Shown here: positions 41,326 through 56,724 of the stretch, one piece after another
Position numbering within the stretch: the first letter of the stretch is position 1
How the letters are laid out: each line of letters begins with the position of its first letter
From: the human T2T-CHM13v2.0 reference genome, Homo sapiens
Strand: one strand, 5' to 3'
Length of the DNA stretch: 64,000 bases
NCBI RefSeq assembly: GCF_009914755.1
Contig: NC_060935.1
Position numbers and translations under genes: made by a program
Notes under the pieces: generated by a model
Told to the model about the DNA's origin: nothing
Seen by the model: only the letters and a program-made list of their open reading frames with translations
Database searches by the model: none

Positions 41326-42069
41326 CTTTTTCTTGTTTCAAGGCCTTAAACTTTAAGGACTATTGTGACTCAGGTACCGTTCCTTGCCCTTTTATGAAAG
41401 AGTTGTCCATGCTCTTTATTCATGCCCTCACTGAATCCTTTGTCTTGTTCATCGTTATGTCAAAATTAATAACAACTAAACACTTAACAATTATATCAAA
41501 TGTCTACTACTTACCAGGCTCTATTCTAAAGCATTTTGTGTGCATTAATTCACTTAATCCTCACAATACTATAAGGTAGACATTATTATCTTCATTTTCA
41601 AAAAGTGAAACTGAGGTAAAATATCCCATGACTAGTAAGTGATGAAGTTAGGATTTCAATCCAGGCAGTCTGATTCCAGAGCCCATCTTCTTACTCACAA
41701 ATGAAGATTGTTATACATTTATGTATTTTTTTCCATGAATATTTTCTGATCATGTACTCATGGTGCCTAGTATAGGAGCTGGGGATAGAGTAGGCAGCAA
41801 TCAGAATCTCTGCTACCATGGAGCTTATATTTCTAGTCAGGGGAAATAGGAAATAAATAAGTATTTATATGAAGTGGTAATAAGTGCTGTGGAGAGAAGT
41901 AATGCAAGTAAAGAGGATAAGGATGTTGGGGAGAGAGTTGCTATTTTCTGTTGGGCAGTTAGGGAAGAACTCACTAATAAGGTGACATTTGAGCAGAGAA
42001 TTGAGAGAGTAAGCCTTGAGAGCATCTTGAAGAAGTGTTCACTCTTCTACTGTTCAACTAGTTGTGTAA

Positions 42070-43636
42070 ACCACTAGTGGTCCTCTAGTATCCATTGTCT
42101 CCTTTCTTTATGTAAAGAACCTCTAAATTTTCTGTTGGCATATGACCACTGAAAATGAAGATTAGATTTTGTAGCTTTCCTTACAGCTAGGCTTGGTCAT
42201 GTGATTGATGTGTGCAGTTGCCAGGCTGTGCCCTTAAAAGAAAGGGTATGCCTTCTCCTTTCCTTTTCCCTCCATCTCACTAGTTGGGATGGGACGTGGC
42301 ACACATGGTGGTAAATTATTTTGGACCTTAAAGATGAGGACTACTTCCTTGGAGAAGGCAGAACAACTGAAGGCTACCGTGGTAGCCTCAGAGTATTATA
42401 TTTGGATGGTTATGTGAGAGAAAAAAATAAACTATCATGTTTAAGCCATGATATTTTGGGTCTTTTTATTACAGCATTTGTGTGGTAGGTAGAAGTTTTA
42501 GATCAGGGGTCCCCAACCCCCGGGCCACAGACTGGTACCAGTCATGGCCTGTTAGGAACCAGGCTACACAGCAGGAGGTGAGTGGTGGGTGAGCAGGTGA
42601 AGCTTCATCTGTATTTACAGCCACTCTCCATCGCTCACATTACTACCTGAGCTCTGCCTCTTGTCAGATCATTGGTGGCATTAGATTCTCATAGGAGCAT
42701 GAACCCTATTGTGAATAGCACATGCTAGGTGGCATGCTCCTTATGAGAATCTAATGTCTGATGATCTGTCACTGTCTCCCATCACCCCCAGATCGGATTG
42801 TCTAGTTGCAGGAAAACAAGCTCAGGGCTCCCACTGATTCTACATTATGGTGAGTTGTATAATTATTATATATTACAATGTGATAGTAAAATAAGTAAAG
42901 CTCACAATAAATGTAATGCATTTGAATCATCCTGAAACCGTTAACCCCTCCCCTGGTCCGTGGAAAAATTGTCTTCCACTACACTGGTCCATGGTGCCAA
43001 AAAGGTTGGGGACCACTGTCTCTGAGATTTCCTGCTCTCTAGTATATATCTCCCTAGTATACGCTGCATATTCCATGGGACTGTGAATGTGATAAATTTT
43101 ACTTATGTGAGAAGGTTATAATATATGGCATAGTTGACTGTAAGAGCGATTGTCTGGGTGGGCCTGATCTAGTCACATGAGTCACATGAGCCCTTTAAAA
43201 GCAGAGTGTTTTCTTTATGGTTGCAGAAGGGGACATCAGAAAAGTGTGAAGCATGAGAAGGGTTAGAGGCACTGTTGTTGGCTTGAAAATGGAGGAACCA
43301 CATGTCAAGGAAGACAGGTGGCCTCTAGGACCTGAGAGTGGCTCCTGGCTAATGGCGATGAAGAAAACAGGGACATCAGTCTTAGAACTGCAAGAAACTG
43401 AATCTTGCCAACAACAATAATAGCTTGGAAGTGGATCCCCCCACACCCCCCACCCCCTAGAGCCACCAGATGAGTAGCCCCGTCAACATGTTGACTTCAG
43501 GCTTATGATACCCTGAGCAAAGAATCCAGTAAAGTCATGCTGGACATCTGATCTACAGAACTGTGAGGTACTACATAGGTGTTGTTTTTAAGCTGCTTAG
43601 TTTGTAATAACTTGTTATGCAGCTCCAGAAAACTTG
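42070..43636. mobile_element. Two adjacent MLT1-type MaLR LTRs (~42070-42480 and 42481-43636), the second split by MER1
   Basis: MLT1-like ends (aataaactatcatgtttaagcc; tgttgtttttaagctgcttagtttgtaataacttgttatgcagc) and start tgtggtaggtagaa. Confidence 0.65.
42504..43018. mobile_element. MER1A-like hAT-Charlie DNA transposon
   Basis: TIRs caggggtccccaacc and ggttggggaccactg; ~515 bp. Confidence 0.88.
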
Positions 43637-44026
43637 CGCGTTAGTGGGGGTTCTCCAGAGAAACAGAACTGATAGGCTGAGAAGTCCCACAATCTGCCGT
43701 CTACAAACTAGAGAACCAGGAAATCTGGTGGTGGAATTCAATCCAAGTTTGAAGGCCTGAGAACCAGGAGCACTGATGTCCATGGACAGAAGATGAATGT
43801 CTCAGCTAAAACAGCAAGTCCACCAGCTGCCTGTTTAAATTCTGTTTAGGCAACAGATTGTACAATGCCCATCCACATTGGTGAGGATGATCTTTACTTA
43901 GTCTACCTATTCAAATACTAATCTCTTCCAGGAATACCCTCAAAGACACACCCAGAAATAATGCTTTACCAGCTATCTGAGCATCCCTTAGCTCAGTCAA
44001 ATTGACAAATAAAATTAACCATCACA
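43637..44026. mobile_element. MLT2-type LTR, opposite orientation to the copy at 40360
   Basis: gggttctccagagaaacagaac...aaaattaaccatcaca. Confidence 0.75.
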
Positions 44027-44160
44027 GCCGGGCATAATAGCTCGCGCCTGTAATCCCAGCACTTTAGGGGTGAGGTGGGAGGATTGCTAGAGGCCAGAGG
44101 CTCGAGACCAGCCTGGGCAACATAGTGAGACCCTGTCTCTACAAAAAAATAAATAAATAA
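44027..44160 (+). mobile_element. Alu monomer (FLAM-like)
   Basis: Left-arm motifs and A tail. Confidence 0.8.
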
Positions 44161-44971
44161 CAGTCATAACTTGTGTATCTCCTAACTGATACACAAGCAG
44201 ACAGCACAGCTTGTATGTAGTCTGTGAGGTGGGGGTATGGCTGGTGTGATTCAGGCACAGCAGTAGTAGAGTGTGAATGTGAAGAGAGAAGCCTACAGAG
44301 GTAGCAGGCAACTAGTTATCAGCAATTTGTAGGCCATGATAGGACTTTGGCCTTCAGCTGAAGGAATTAGATGAGGGGGCATTAGTGAGCTATGAGCAGA
44401 GGAGTTATAGGATCTGCCTATATTTGAAAAGGATCACTGGCTGCTCTAAAAAGAATGGATTGTAGGGGCAATGGTGAGAAGCATGAGAAGGATCTGAGGC
44501 AAGGAGAACAGTTCAAAGGCTGTGGAAAAACCCAGGTGAGAAATGATAGCAGCTTAGACCAAGGTTGTAGTACTTAAGATGGTGGGAAATAGTTGGATTC
44601 TGGATATATTCTGAAGGCACAACCAGCAGAATTTCCTGAAGGATTACTTATGGAGGGAGGGGGAGAGAGAGAAAGAGAAAGGGAAAAAGAAGAGGGGAAG
44701 AGAAAGAAGGGGTTTGGAAGAGGTCTCAAAGCTGACTCCAAGGTTTTGGTGTGAGAAACCAGAAAGAATGGATTTGCCATTGACTGAGGTGGGAAAGACA
44801 GTGAAAGGAGCAGCATTTCTTTGGTGGGGAAAGGGTGGTTAGGAGCCTGCTTTTGGACATTTTAAGTTTGAGATACCTATAAGCTCTCCAGGTGGAGACA
44901 TTAAGTAGGCAGTTGGATATACTAATCTGATTTCAGAGGAGAGGTGGGCTGAATTTCTTTTTTTATTTTAA

Positions 44972-45289
<318 letters not shown>

Positions 45290-45559
45290 TCATTCAACTT
45301 AATTTTTAAAAATTAGCCCCTCCATAAGCCCTTCCCCAAAAAATCCCCCTCCCCCCGTGCCAAATAGATGTTGAGCTCCTTGAGATCAAGGATTTTGTTT
45401 TATTCGGGCTTCTTTTGGGGAGGTGGGATAGGGTAGATGGATACGTTGGGGGTGGGGATGGGGGAGTACCAAAGACATACCAAAGACCTGGCACTAGTTT
45501 AGATACTCAGCGAATGGATATAAACACCTGCTTACGACACCCTCTGGATTGCTAGTCTC

Positions 45560-46130
45560 CCGAGTCAACCGTACTGCACGTGCAGTTCAGACCCCGCCTG
45601 GTCCTCTACAGGTCCCTGTCCCAGGCAAGCCTTAGCCCACAGGTTGAACCTAGTTCTGCCCCTCCAGGCTTGGGCTCTGCCCTCTCGGCCCCGCCCATAT
45701 CGGACCCTGGCCCCTCCTCTTTCTGGCTCCCCCGGATGCTCCTGGCAAAGACTCGGTCCTTCTGGAATCTTGTAACGGTTCTAACAGCTGGGTGCGGGTG
45801 GAGCTGCGGGTGAGTCCTCGGCTCCGGATCCATTTCTCTTTGTTCCCTAGGACCCCCTCCCACAGAGTCCGCCTCCTCTTCCCCGCTCTCCCAGCCCCCT
45901 CCTTTGCCTGTTAACGTCTTCCCCTACCTGCATCCTGACCATCATTTGCTGTGCCTGCTCCTCGGCTTTCTGTCTTCTCGACCTCCTTAGGCTGTGGGCG
46001 AAGACGTCATGGGACTGGGGCTCTGCTGCCTTTGAGTGACGACCTGTTAACCCGTTTTTCAGGCGATCGCCAGCTCGAGTGCAGATTCCTTGCTGTGACC
46101 GAGGTTCAGAGTGAGCTCTGTCGGTGTGTC
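45560..46130 (+). promoter_or_regulatory. DNHD1: DNHD1 promoter and non-coding first exon(s) (donor CGG|gtgagt at 45809; acceptor cttag|G at 45991)
   Basis: Local CpG enrichment, GC boxes and consensus splice sites upstream of the coding exon. Confidence 0.65.
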
Positions 46131-46693
46131 AGTTTGCCTCTTCAGGTGATTGCACGTCTGTGTGCGAGTCTCTCCGTGTGTGGGTGGCTATGATTAGGGT
46201 GAGCCTCAGACTGGAACTCAAGTCTAAGTTCATTCACTGCTCCAGCAGGCACTCTTCAATGAAACCTCATCAGCAGATCGGGCTCTCTTCCCTTGCCTTG
46301 CCTCCTAACCCCCCTAGGCCAGGTGAGGGGGACAGGGTACTGGGAGGTAAGAAGGAACTCTTCTGCAAGGAGGGCTCTCACGTCTGTCTTAGGCCTGCTC
46401 CTTACCAGAGTCTTTGGGGAAGCAGTAGGGAGGGCCTGAGGGTCTCAGGAAAGGCTCTCTGCTGGTCTGGCTCTGCTCTGTAGCTCCATCTATTTCCCTG
46501 TCCCAGGTCCTTTCTTCCTCCTAACCCCATTGACTCTGACCATCCCCTGCCCAGAGCCTGAGGTCCCTTCTCTGGCCCCTCTGCTGGGCTGGCCCATGCA
46601 GGTGAGGCCCGGCATCTGGCATCCTGGAACTGGCAGTTGGAGCCTGAGCTATGGGCAAGGTCACTTCGACAGCAGTTGAATGCCCAGCTCCTC

Positions 46694-47439
46694 ATGGTCC
46701 CGGAGGAGAGGAGGGTAGGTTTGTCTTCTGATGAGACATCATCTGATTCCCTTAAGTCTTGGCACTCCATATGTGTCTTGGACAGCAAAGAACAGCCCTT
46801 GGCCTGCCAGCAGAAACAGAGGCAGTTCGTGAAGCCAGTGACTGAGTCAGAGCAGCCCACAGTGCTGGAACTCCTGCTAGCTGAGCTCCAAACTCTGTTC
46901 TCAGCTGTGTTGCAGGACAGTAGCCCTGCAGCTTGGCGCTATCTTCATGCAGTACTGGGTCTACTGCCTCCATATCGTGAGTTGCTAGTTGGCCACCTTG
47001 ATTTGCTGCCCTTCCTGGAGCAGCTGTACTGCTGGGCACCCTGGGTCCAAACCCACCTCCATCTGGACCTGCTAGGTGCCATTGTCCAGGCCTTTCCTCC
47101 AGACAGCTCTTTGTTAGACAGTGCTTCCCATGCTGACTGCTGTCCCCAGAAGCGGAGGCTCCATCACAGGCCCCCATGCCCAGCTTGCCCTTTTGTGCAG
47201 GCCCAGTGGAGCAGGCAGCAAGTAAAGGAGGAGCTGGCCACCTGGCTGCGACCATTGACACTTCCTGAGCTACAGCGCTGCCTGGGCATTGTTGGTGCTC
47301 AGGTGGCCCTAGAAGAGGCTGTGTGGCTGGATGGACTTAGTCTCCTTCCCTTGGCACTGGCAGCGGACATCCCTGTACGGTATGAAAGCAGTGACACTGA
47401 CAATGCAGAGGAGGAGCCTGTTGGAAGAAAAGAGACCAG
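46694..47439 (+). CDS. DNHD1: DNHD1 first conventional coding exon (MVPEERRVGLSS...GRKETR)
   Basis: Within ORF 46637..47443; CAG|gtaagt donor; 746 nt; matches the DNHD1 N-terminus as I recall it. Confidence 0.92.
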
Positions 47440-48025
47440 GTAAGTGAGGGACTCAGTCTAGGGCTTGAGCAGAGGAGAAAAAGTTGCTGTTTTATGGGTG
47501 CCTCTGGGGTCACTTGGAAGTTTAGATCCAGCTCTCTGTTTATCACAGGGATTAGCCCAACTCCACACAAAGCTAGTGTGAGGCTACTTTCCTGTTCCTT
47601 TTTCTCTGCAAAATAAACCCAGTGGTGTTAGTCTTAATCCCCATAGAGAAATACAGAAATTAATGAAAATCAGAAGTCAGCTATGAGGCAGCCAAAGCTT
47701 TAGAATAACAGCTTGACTTTTCAGTTTCCAGGTTTTTTTCTTAGATGATGCCAGAAGTCTCCTTAATTATTTTTCTATAATTCATTCATAATCACTGAAC
47801 ATTGCCTGGGCCTACTGTGAGTTGATTCCTGGATGTTGGGTCTTTCCCTCAAGGTACCCCTGGGGAATGTGTGTCCGAGTGTCCTTCCCACATGTCTATG
47901 TGACTTAAACCAGCTCCAAGGCAGAGTGGAGTTGGCAGCACTACTGGATAGAATTTCATTTTGACCCTTCCAGAGTCTTCTTCTTGCCCTGCCAGTGTGG
48001 GCACTCTGGCCCCTTGAGTGATATA

Positions 48026-48792
<767 letters not shown>

Positions 48793-51226
48793 TAGACAGT
48801 GCTTTGCAGCTGTCTGTGGCACATTTACTGTTCGGGAAGAAGGCTAGTTTTACCTTTAATTAAGGTTGGCTTCCTCAGTTTTTGCTGTAAGTTTATGGCT
48901 GGGTCAAGTCTTTCCATTAAAGCCTAATGTTAGATAGATAGGCAGGCTCCTGGGGCCCTAATGGGAGGTGGCCAATGCCATAAATTTATGGTGGCCCTAT
49001 TGGAATCTTTTCCTTTTTCAAAGAGCTGCCCTGTGCCTTGAGTACAAGTTTCCTTTCCTGGGAGAACTTGACTGAATTGGCATGGGCTGAGATGTTGGGA
49101 AGGGATCAAGTTCTTTGCCCTCCCTTTGAACCTGGCAGTAAACCTCTGAGGTCTAGCTAATATGGCTTAATTTGCATTACGTTCTCCCGGAGTGGTTTGC
49201 CAGGCATTCATTCATTCAATAAGTGTTGGATAGCTACATTTATTAGGATCTGCAAGATGCTAGGGATACAGAAGTGAATGAGACAGACTCAATCCCTTCA
49301 CTTGAGGTATTACAGTTTAGTTAGGGAGATATAGTTAAGTTGATAACAAGTAAAATATAATTACAAATTGTAATAAGTGCTATAAAACAAAAGAATACTG
49401 TCTTTTGCCTGGCTGCTTCTCTGCAGGTGGGAGAGAGAGAGAGAGGGAGTGTAGTTAGGGGGAAAGCATGTGGGGGGAGTGTTCAAGTCTAGATTAGATT
49501 AACAAAAACATCAAACAGAGTTTCAAGGAGGAGGGAGCAGTCAGTAGTATTACATGTTAAATGAGACAAGTAAGAAGAATGAAAATGTTCATTGGATGTA
49601 GTAACAAGGAAGAGGTTAAGTTTTGTGGGGAGGAAGCTAGATTGTGGTGCATTGAGGAGTGAATGGAAGATGAAGTGGAAATCGCATTTTACGATTTTTT
49701 TTGTGAAGCTTAGCTTGAAGGGAAAAGACAAATAGCAGGGCAGCAGCTTGAAAGAATTTTGGTGTCTGGGTAGGGATTTTTTTTTTTTTTTGATAGAGAG
49801 ATGTTTATATCCCTTAACACAGTGCTTGAGAAGTAGGTGCTCAATAAATATTCGTAGACTAAATGAATAAATAGACTAAGGTAAGAAGAAGAGTAGATTA
49901 AAAATATATCATAGAGAATAAGGGGTCCAGAGCACTGATGGAGGAATTAATCTTACAGAGAAGAAAGGATACCTCTTCCTCTGAAATCGGGGGACAGATA
50001 AGTGTGTGGGGGAAGGCAACTGAAGTTGAGGGAATTGGCTAATGGCTAAAAACTTCAGCTTTCTCCAGGCAGAGAAGGAGACAGAGAATGGGATGGAACT
50101 GGGAGCTCAGCAGGGCTTGCATGGGGTTAGGGATAGCAGTTTGAGAGGCCTGAAAGAGGTAGCTGTCTGAGGACTTGTGTGAAGACATCAGGCAGAATGA
50201 GCCCACAGCTGATTGGACACCAGGAACCCGTAGAGGAGCAAATGTCCTTGGTTTTGCGATCTTCTGAATATACTATATAATATAGGACTTTGCTGAGAAA
50301 ATGAACCTATAAGAGCAATTATACCATTTAAGATGTCCTGATCCAACACAACAGTTCATCAAGGACATATGTATAAAGGTTATAAACCATATTGTTGATA
50401 TGAATTCTAGAATAGGATTGCACTGTTATCCCTGGGGAAACTTGTGTTGATCTAAGTTTGGGTCAGTTAATGATACTGGTATATTCTGACTGGCTAAGTC
50501 TAAGTTAAATCATTCCAGAGTTTTTTTTGTGTGTGTGCTCTCAGGTCTCCCCAACTAAAAATTATTAGTCATTCACTTTTGAGTTATTGGTAACTAATTT
50601 CCATACCAATTTTGTTGACCAGAATGCAGAAGAGTAAGAGGATGAGTGTATTGGTGCAGGCTTGAGGGGGCCACCATTGGATCTTGGCAGGAAAGGAAAG
50701 AATATGAAGCTAGAGGTTGGGTGATGGTAGGGGAAGAGCAGAAAATGTAACAGGCATGGAGATCATTCAGGGTTGGAAAGCAGGTATAATGGAATCAAAG
50801 ATAGGATATTAAATCTGAAAGGCCAAGAAGGTTGAGCTGGGAGGGGAAATCCAGTACTGTGGGCTTACAGAGCAATGAGTTGGGAAAATAAAGTCTTCCC
50901 GTTATTTGTACACAGTATTATGTAATACTGACTTCATGGTAATTCCAATCAATCCAGAATGATTATTTGTTTATCAGAAAGGGAGAGGTTGCTCACACAC
51001 ATGTTTGTGTCAATATTGTTGCCTAACTGTGTTCTATGATACGCTATATTTGCCCAGTATGTGGTATCTTTGAGTATAGATGGTAGTCAGGCTCGACAAT
51101 GCCACGTCAGGTCTCCTCAGGCACCTGATCTAGTCCTCCTTTCACTAGCCAACAGTGGCAAGGCCTCCCTCTAAGGTACTTGACCTTTTTACTCTGCCTT
51201 TTCTCTCCTGATTTTCTGTCACACAG

Positions 51227-51400
51227 GTCTCAGCTTGACTATGAAGTTCCCAGGGAAAAGGCCTTCCAAAAGAGCAGCACCGGCTTTTCACCTGAGACTT
51301 CCTTCCTGGATAGCCAGGTGATGACTGCTCTGAAGATGGAGAGATACCTGAAGAAGATCCACTTCCTCTATCTCAATGTGGCTCCCAGCCGGTACTTTAG
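51227..51400 (+). CDS. DNHD1: DNHD1 coding exon 2
   Basis: Long pyrimidine tract then acag|G; SQLDYEVPREK...APSRYFR; TAG|gtgata; 174 nt, phase 2-2. Confidence 0.92.
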
Positions 51401-51855
51401 GTGATAGCCTATGTCCAGGCCCCTTCTCCTCCCCCTGCCTGGTTTCCTTCTATGCTATCTTCCCCCTCCTCTTTCTCCACGTGTGCACCCTTCTCCCTGT
51501 CCTTTCTCCACATACTCCTCCTCTGACTCTAGTGTCCCTCTCTCTTCCCTTCTCCTCAGCCTCCTCCTCCTTTCCACTCTCTACCTCCCCTTCACTCCCT
51601 GTTGCTTACACAGCCTTTTGTCTTACACATCCTTTTCTCACATTTTGCTCTTTCTTTTTTATTCTATCCTAGAATGATAGAAACATTTGTTCACAGCCTT
51701 AGAAGTAAATTTTATGGTGATCTATTCCAACTCCAATGGAAGAAACATGTGTTTGTTTAAATCTTTACAGTGTCAGGAAAATTTTTTTCCAGGTATCTTA
51801 TTCCTTAGACTGAATCAAAATCTGCATTCTTTTAACTTCTACCTCCTGGCTCTAG

Positions 51856-52380
<525 letters not shown>

Positions 52381-52679
52381 TAATCCTCATCTACCAGGTA
52401 GGTGCTATTATTATTTCTATATATGAGATGAGTGGACTGATACATAAGAGAGGTTAAGTAATTTATCCAAAGCTACATAATAAATGGTGTAACTAGGATT
52501 TAAACCTAGGACTATCTTAATCCAAAAGTTCATGCTCTTAAGCAGTATCTAATACAGCCTCCCAAATAACCTTATTTCCTGTGCACACTGATCTCTTGAA
52601 CTTAGGTAGCACTAATGATCAATATCATTCATTCATTTACTGATCAATTCATTTAATAAATGTTCACTGAGAGCATCCT

Positions 52680-54430
<1,751 letters not shown>

Positions 54431-55808
54431 CTTTAAACTATCAGCATCTTTTATAATTAGAGAAGCATCTCGATCAAAGACAGTTAGGCACATAAAGAGA
54501 TAAGAAACTATTGACAAGAGAACTAAAAAGGCAATGGATGATTACAGGGCCAGGATCTGCCAAAAAGGAAACCCATTGCAGTGAGTTCAGCATTTGGTGC
54601 TGCTTTTCCCCAAACAGAGGGACCTCTCAATTCCTCTCAATATAAAGGTAGTTAAATGTCAATTTTACTATGCATTCCTGAGATACTGAAAAGAGGAGCC
54701 AAGCTTTCAACAGACTCAGGGAACTAAATGAGCAAAAGTTGCAGTTCAGGTCCCATACCAAAAAGGAGGTATATTTCTGGTTCCACTTTACTCCTGTGTT
54801 GTAGCCATTTGGGGTCTCGACCCAAAGGCTGGGGGATTACATTTTTGGGTTCTCTGATGTGTTATACAGATATTATATTTCATATATTATCCAGTTTCAT
54901 ATATTATCCAGATAGTTGGCCTAGTTTTTCTAGTTGTTATCAAGTGGGAATGTTGGTCCAAATTTCTAGTGCACCATCAATAGAACTCTTTCACTTGCTG
55001 TTTCATTATATTTATTTATTTGCCATGTAACAGATTTTTTTAATGTGTTTGAATTTATCAAAATTTTAATTGCATTTTCTCCAGTGTTTGATTTACATTT
55101 AGGAGAGAATTTATTCCTTCACCTCCTTTATTCTTTGAGTCTTTGCTCAGCTGTCACTCCCCCACCCTTACCACCCCATTTAAAATTGCACTTCCTTCTC
55201 CCCTGGCACCGCCAATCTCCCTTTGCCTGTTCTTTTTCCCCCTTCCTGTTGTTAATTACGTTTATCATCTTCTCTAGTAGAATGAGAGCTCCATCAGGGA
55301 GGGGTTTGGGTTTGTTGTGTTTAATGATGTATCCTCAGGGCTTAGAACAGTCTGGCATAGAGTAGATACTCAGTAATATTCGTTGAATGAATGAGTGAAC
55401 TAATTGCCCAGATTAGGGACAGATTTGGTGGGGGTAGATATTGAGTTTAGTACAGAACTTGCTGAGTTTCAGGTGCAAGCAAGATGGAGTTTGAGATGTT
55501 TTGGAAACAGCTGAATCTTTGGTTCTGGGACTCAGGAAGATACTGATTTCCCCCATCTACTCTCTAGTATCATGTCATACTCCAGTTGATTCTGAGCCCT
55601 TTGAGGACAAGGACTATGTAGAAGTCATCTTTATGTCCCCATCTCTGACCACAATACTTGAACAGAGGGACAACTTGATAAACGGTTTAACTAAGTTCCA
55701 TAAAGTCAGGGACTGGATTTTTCTTGAACACTGCTGTATCCTCAGTGGCTTACACACTGCTTGCCTTAATAAGCATTTGTAGAATGAGTGAATATCCTCC
55801 AAAGGATA

Positions 55809-56724
55809 TTCAGCAAAATGCACCTATATCCCACATTAAATGCAATACATATGGATTGATAGAATAGGTGTATCTAGTTACAGTAGGCCAGTTAGCATAA
55901 TGCTATGTTTAGATACATTTAATTAAGCATTTATTTTTATTTTTCAGTTTTCTTTATATAACTCAGAGCTAGCAATATTTTTAAGCATTACATATATATT
56001 TGGAGTATATTTTATACTCCAAAGGAGTAGTGGCCATTGGGAATGAGAAGAGTACTGTATAACTCCTGGCCCTACACAGAAACAGCAGCCTCCATTAAGT
56101 AGGTCATAGGAAAAGGAAATATCTCTTGGGAAGAGCCAGGGCTCAGTTAACATAGGCAGCTACACTGTGGGAAGCTAAATGGCCCACTGATTAAAGGAGG
56201 GGGCATGAGTCAGGTAACTTTGGTTTTAAATCCTGTATTCTTCCCTTAACTGTCTTGGGCAAAGCTTTAACTTCTCTTTGTTTCAGTTTTCCTATCTGTA
56301 ATTTGGGGATATGAGTACTATACTTAAGAAACTTTAGTAACTTTGTCAAAAACAAAACAAGGTTTTTGTATGACTTGACTTAGTGTGTCCATTCTGGTAT
56401 CTATCTAAAAGTTCTTAAGTCACTTGCTTAACAATGTTTTCTAGAAAGTTGAGAGAGATGAGAGATAGAGGAGAGCTATTTTATCTCTTAGACATTATAG
56501 GACTTAGGATACAGCTTTTAAATTGCTAAAAATATATGTAATGCTTAAAAATATTGCTAGCTCTGAGTTATATAAAGAAAACTGAAAAATAAAAATTAAT
56601 AAATGCTTTATTAAATGTATCTAAACATAGCATTATGCTAACTGGCCTACTGTAACTAGATACACCTATTATATCAATCTATATATATTGCATTTAATGT
56701 GGGATATAGGTGCATTTTGCTGAA
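55809..56724. repeat. Long inverted repeat: arms ~55809-55998 and ~56531-56724, spacer ~530 bp
   Basis: Manual reverse-complement alignment over ~190 bp shows about 4 substitutions and one 4-nt indel. Confidence 0.95.

Noticed and set aside
55809-56724. Inverted repeat read as a DNA transposon with long TIRs
   Set aside because: No TA or 8-bp TSD at the outer ends and no recognisable terminal motif. Kept as an unexplained inverted duplication pending a Dfam search.
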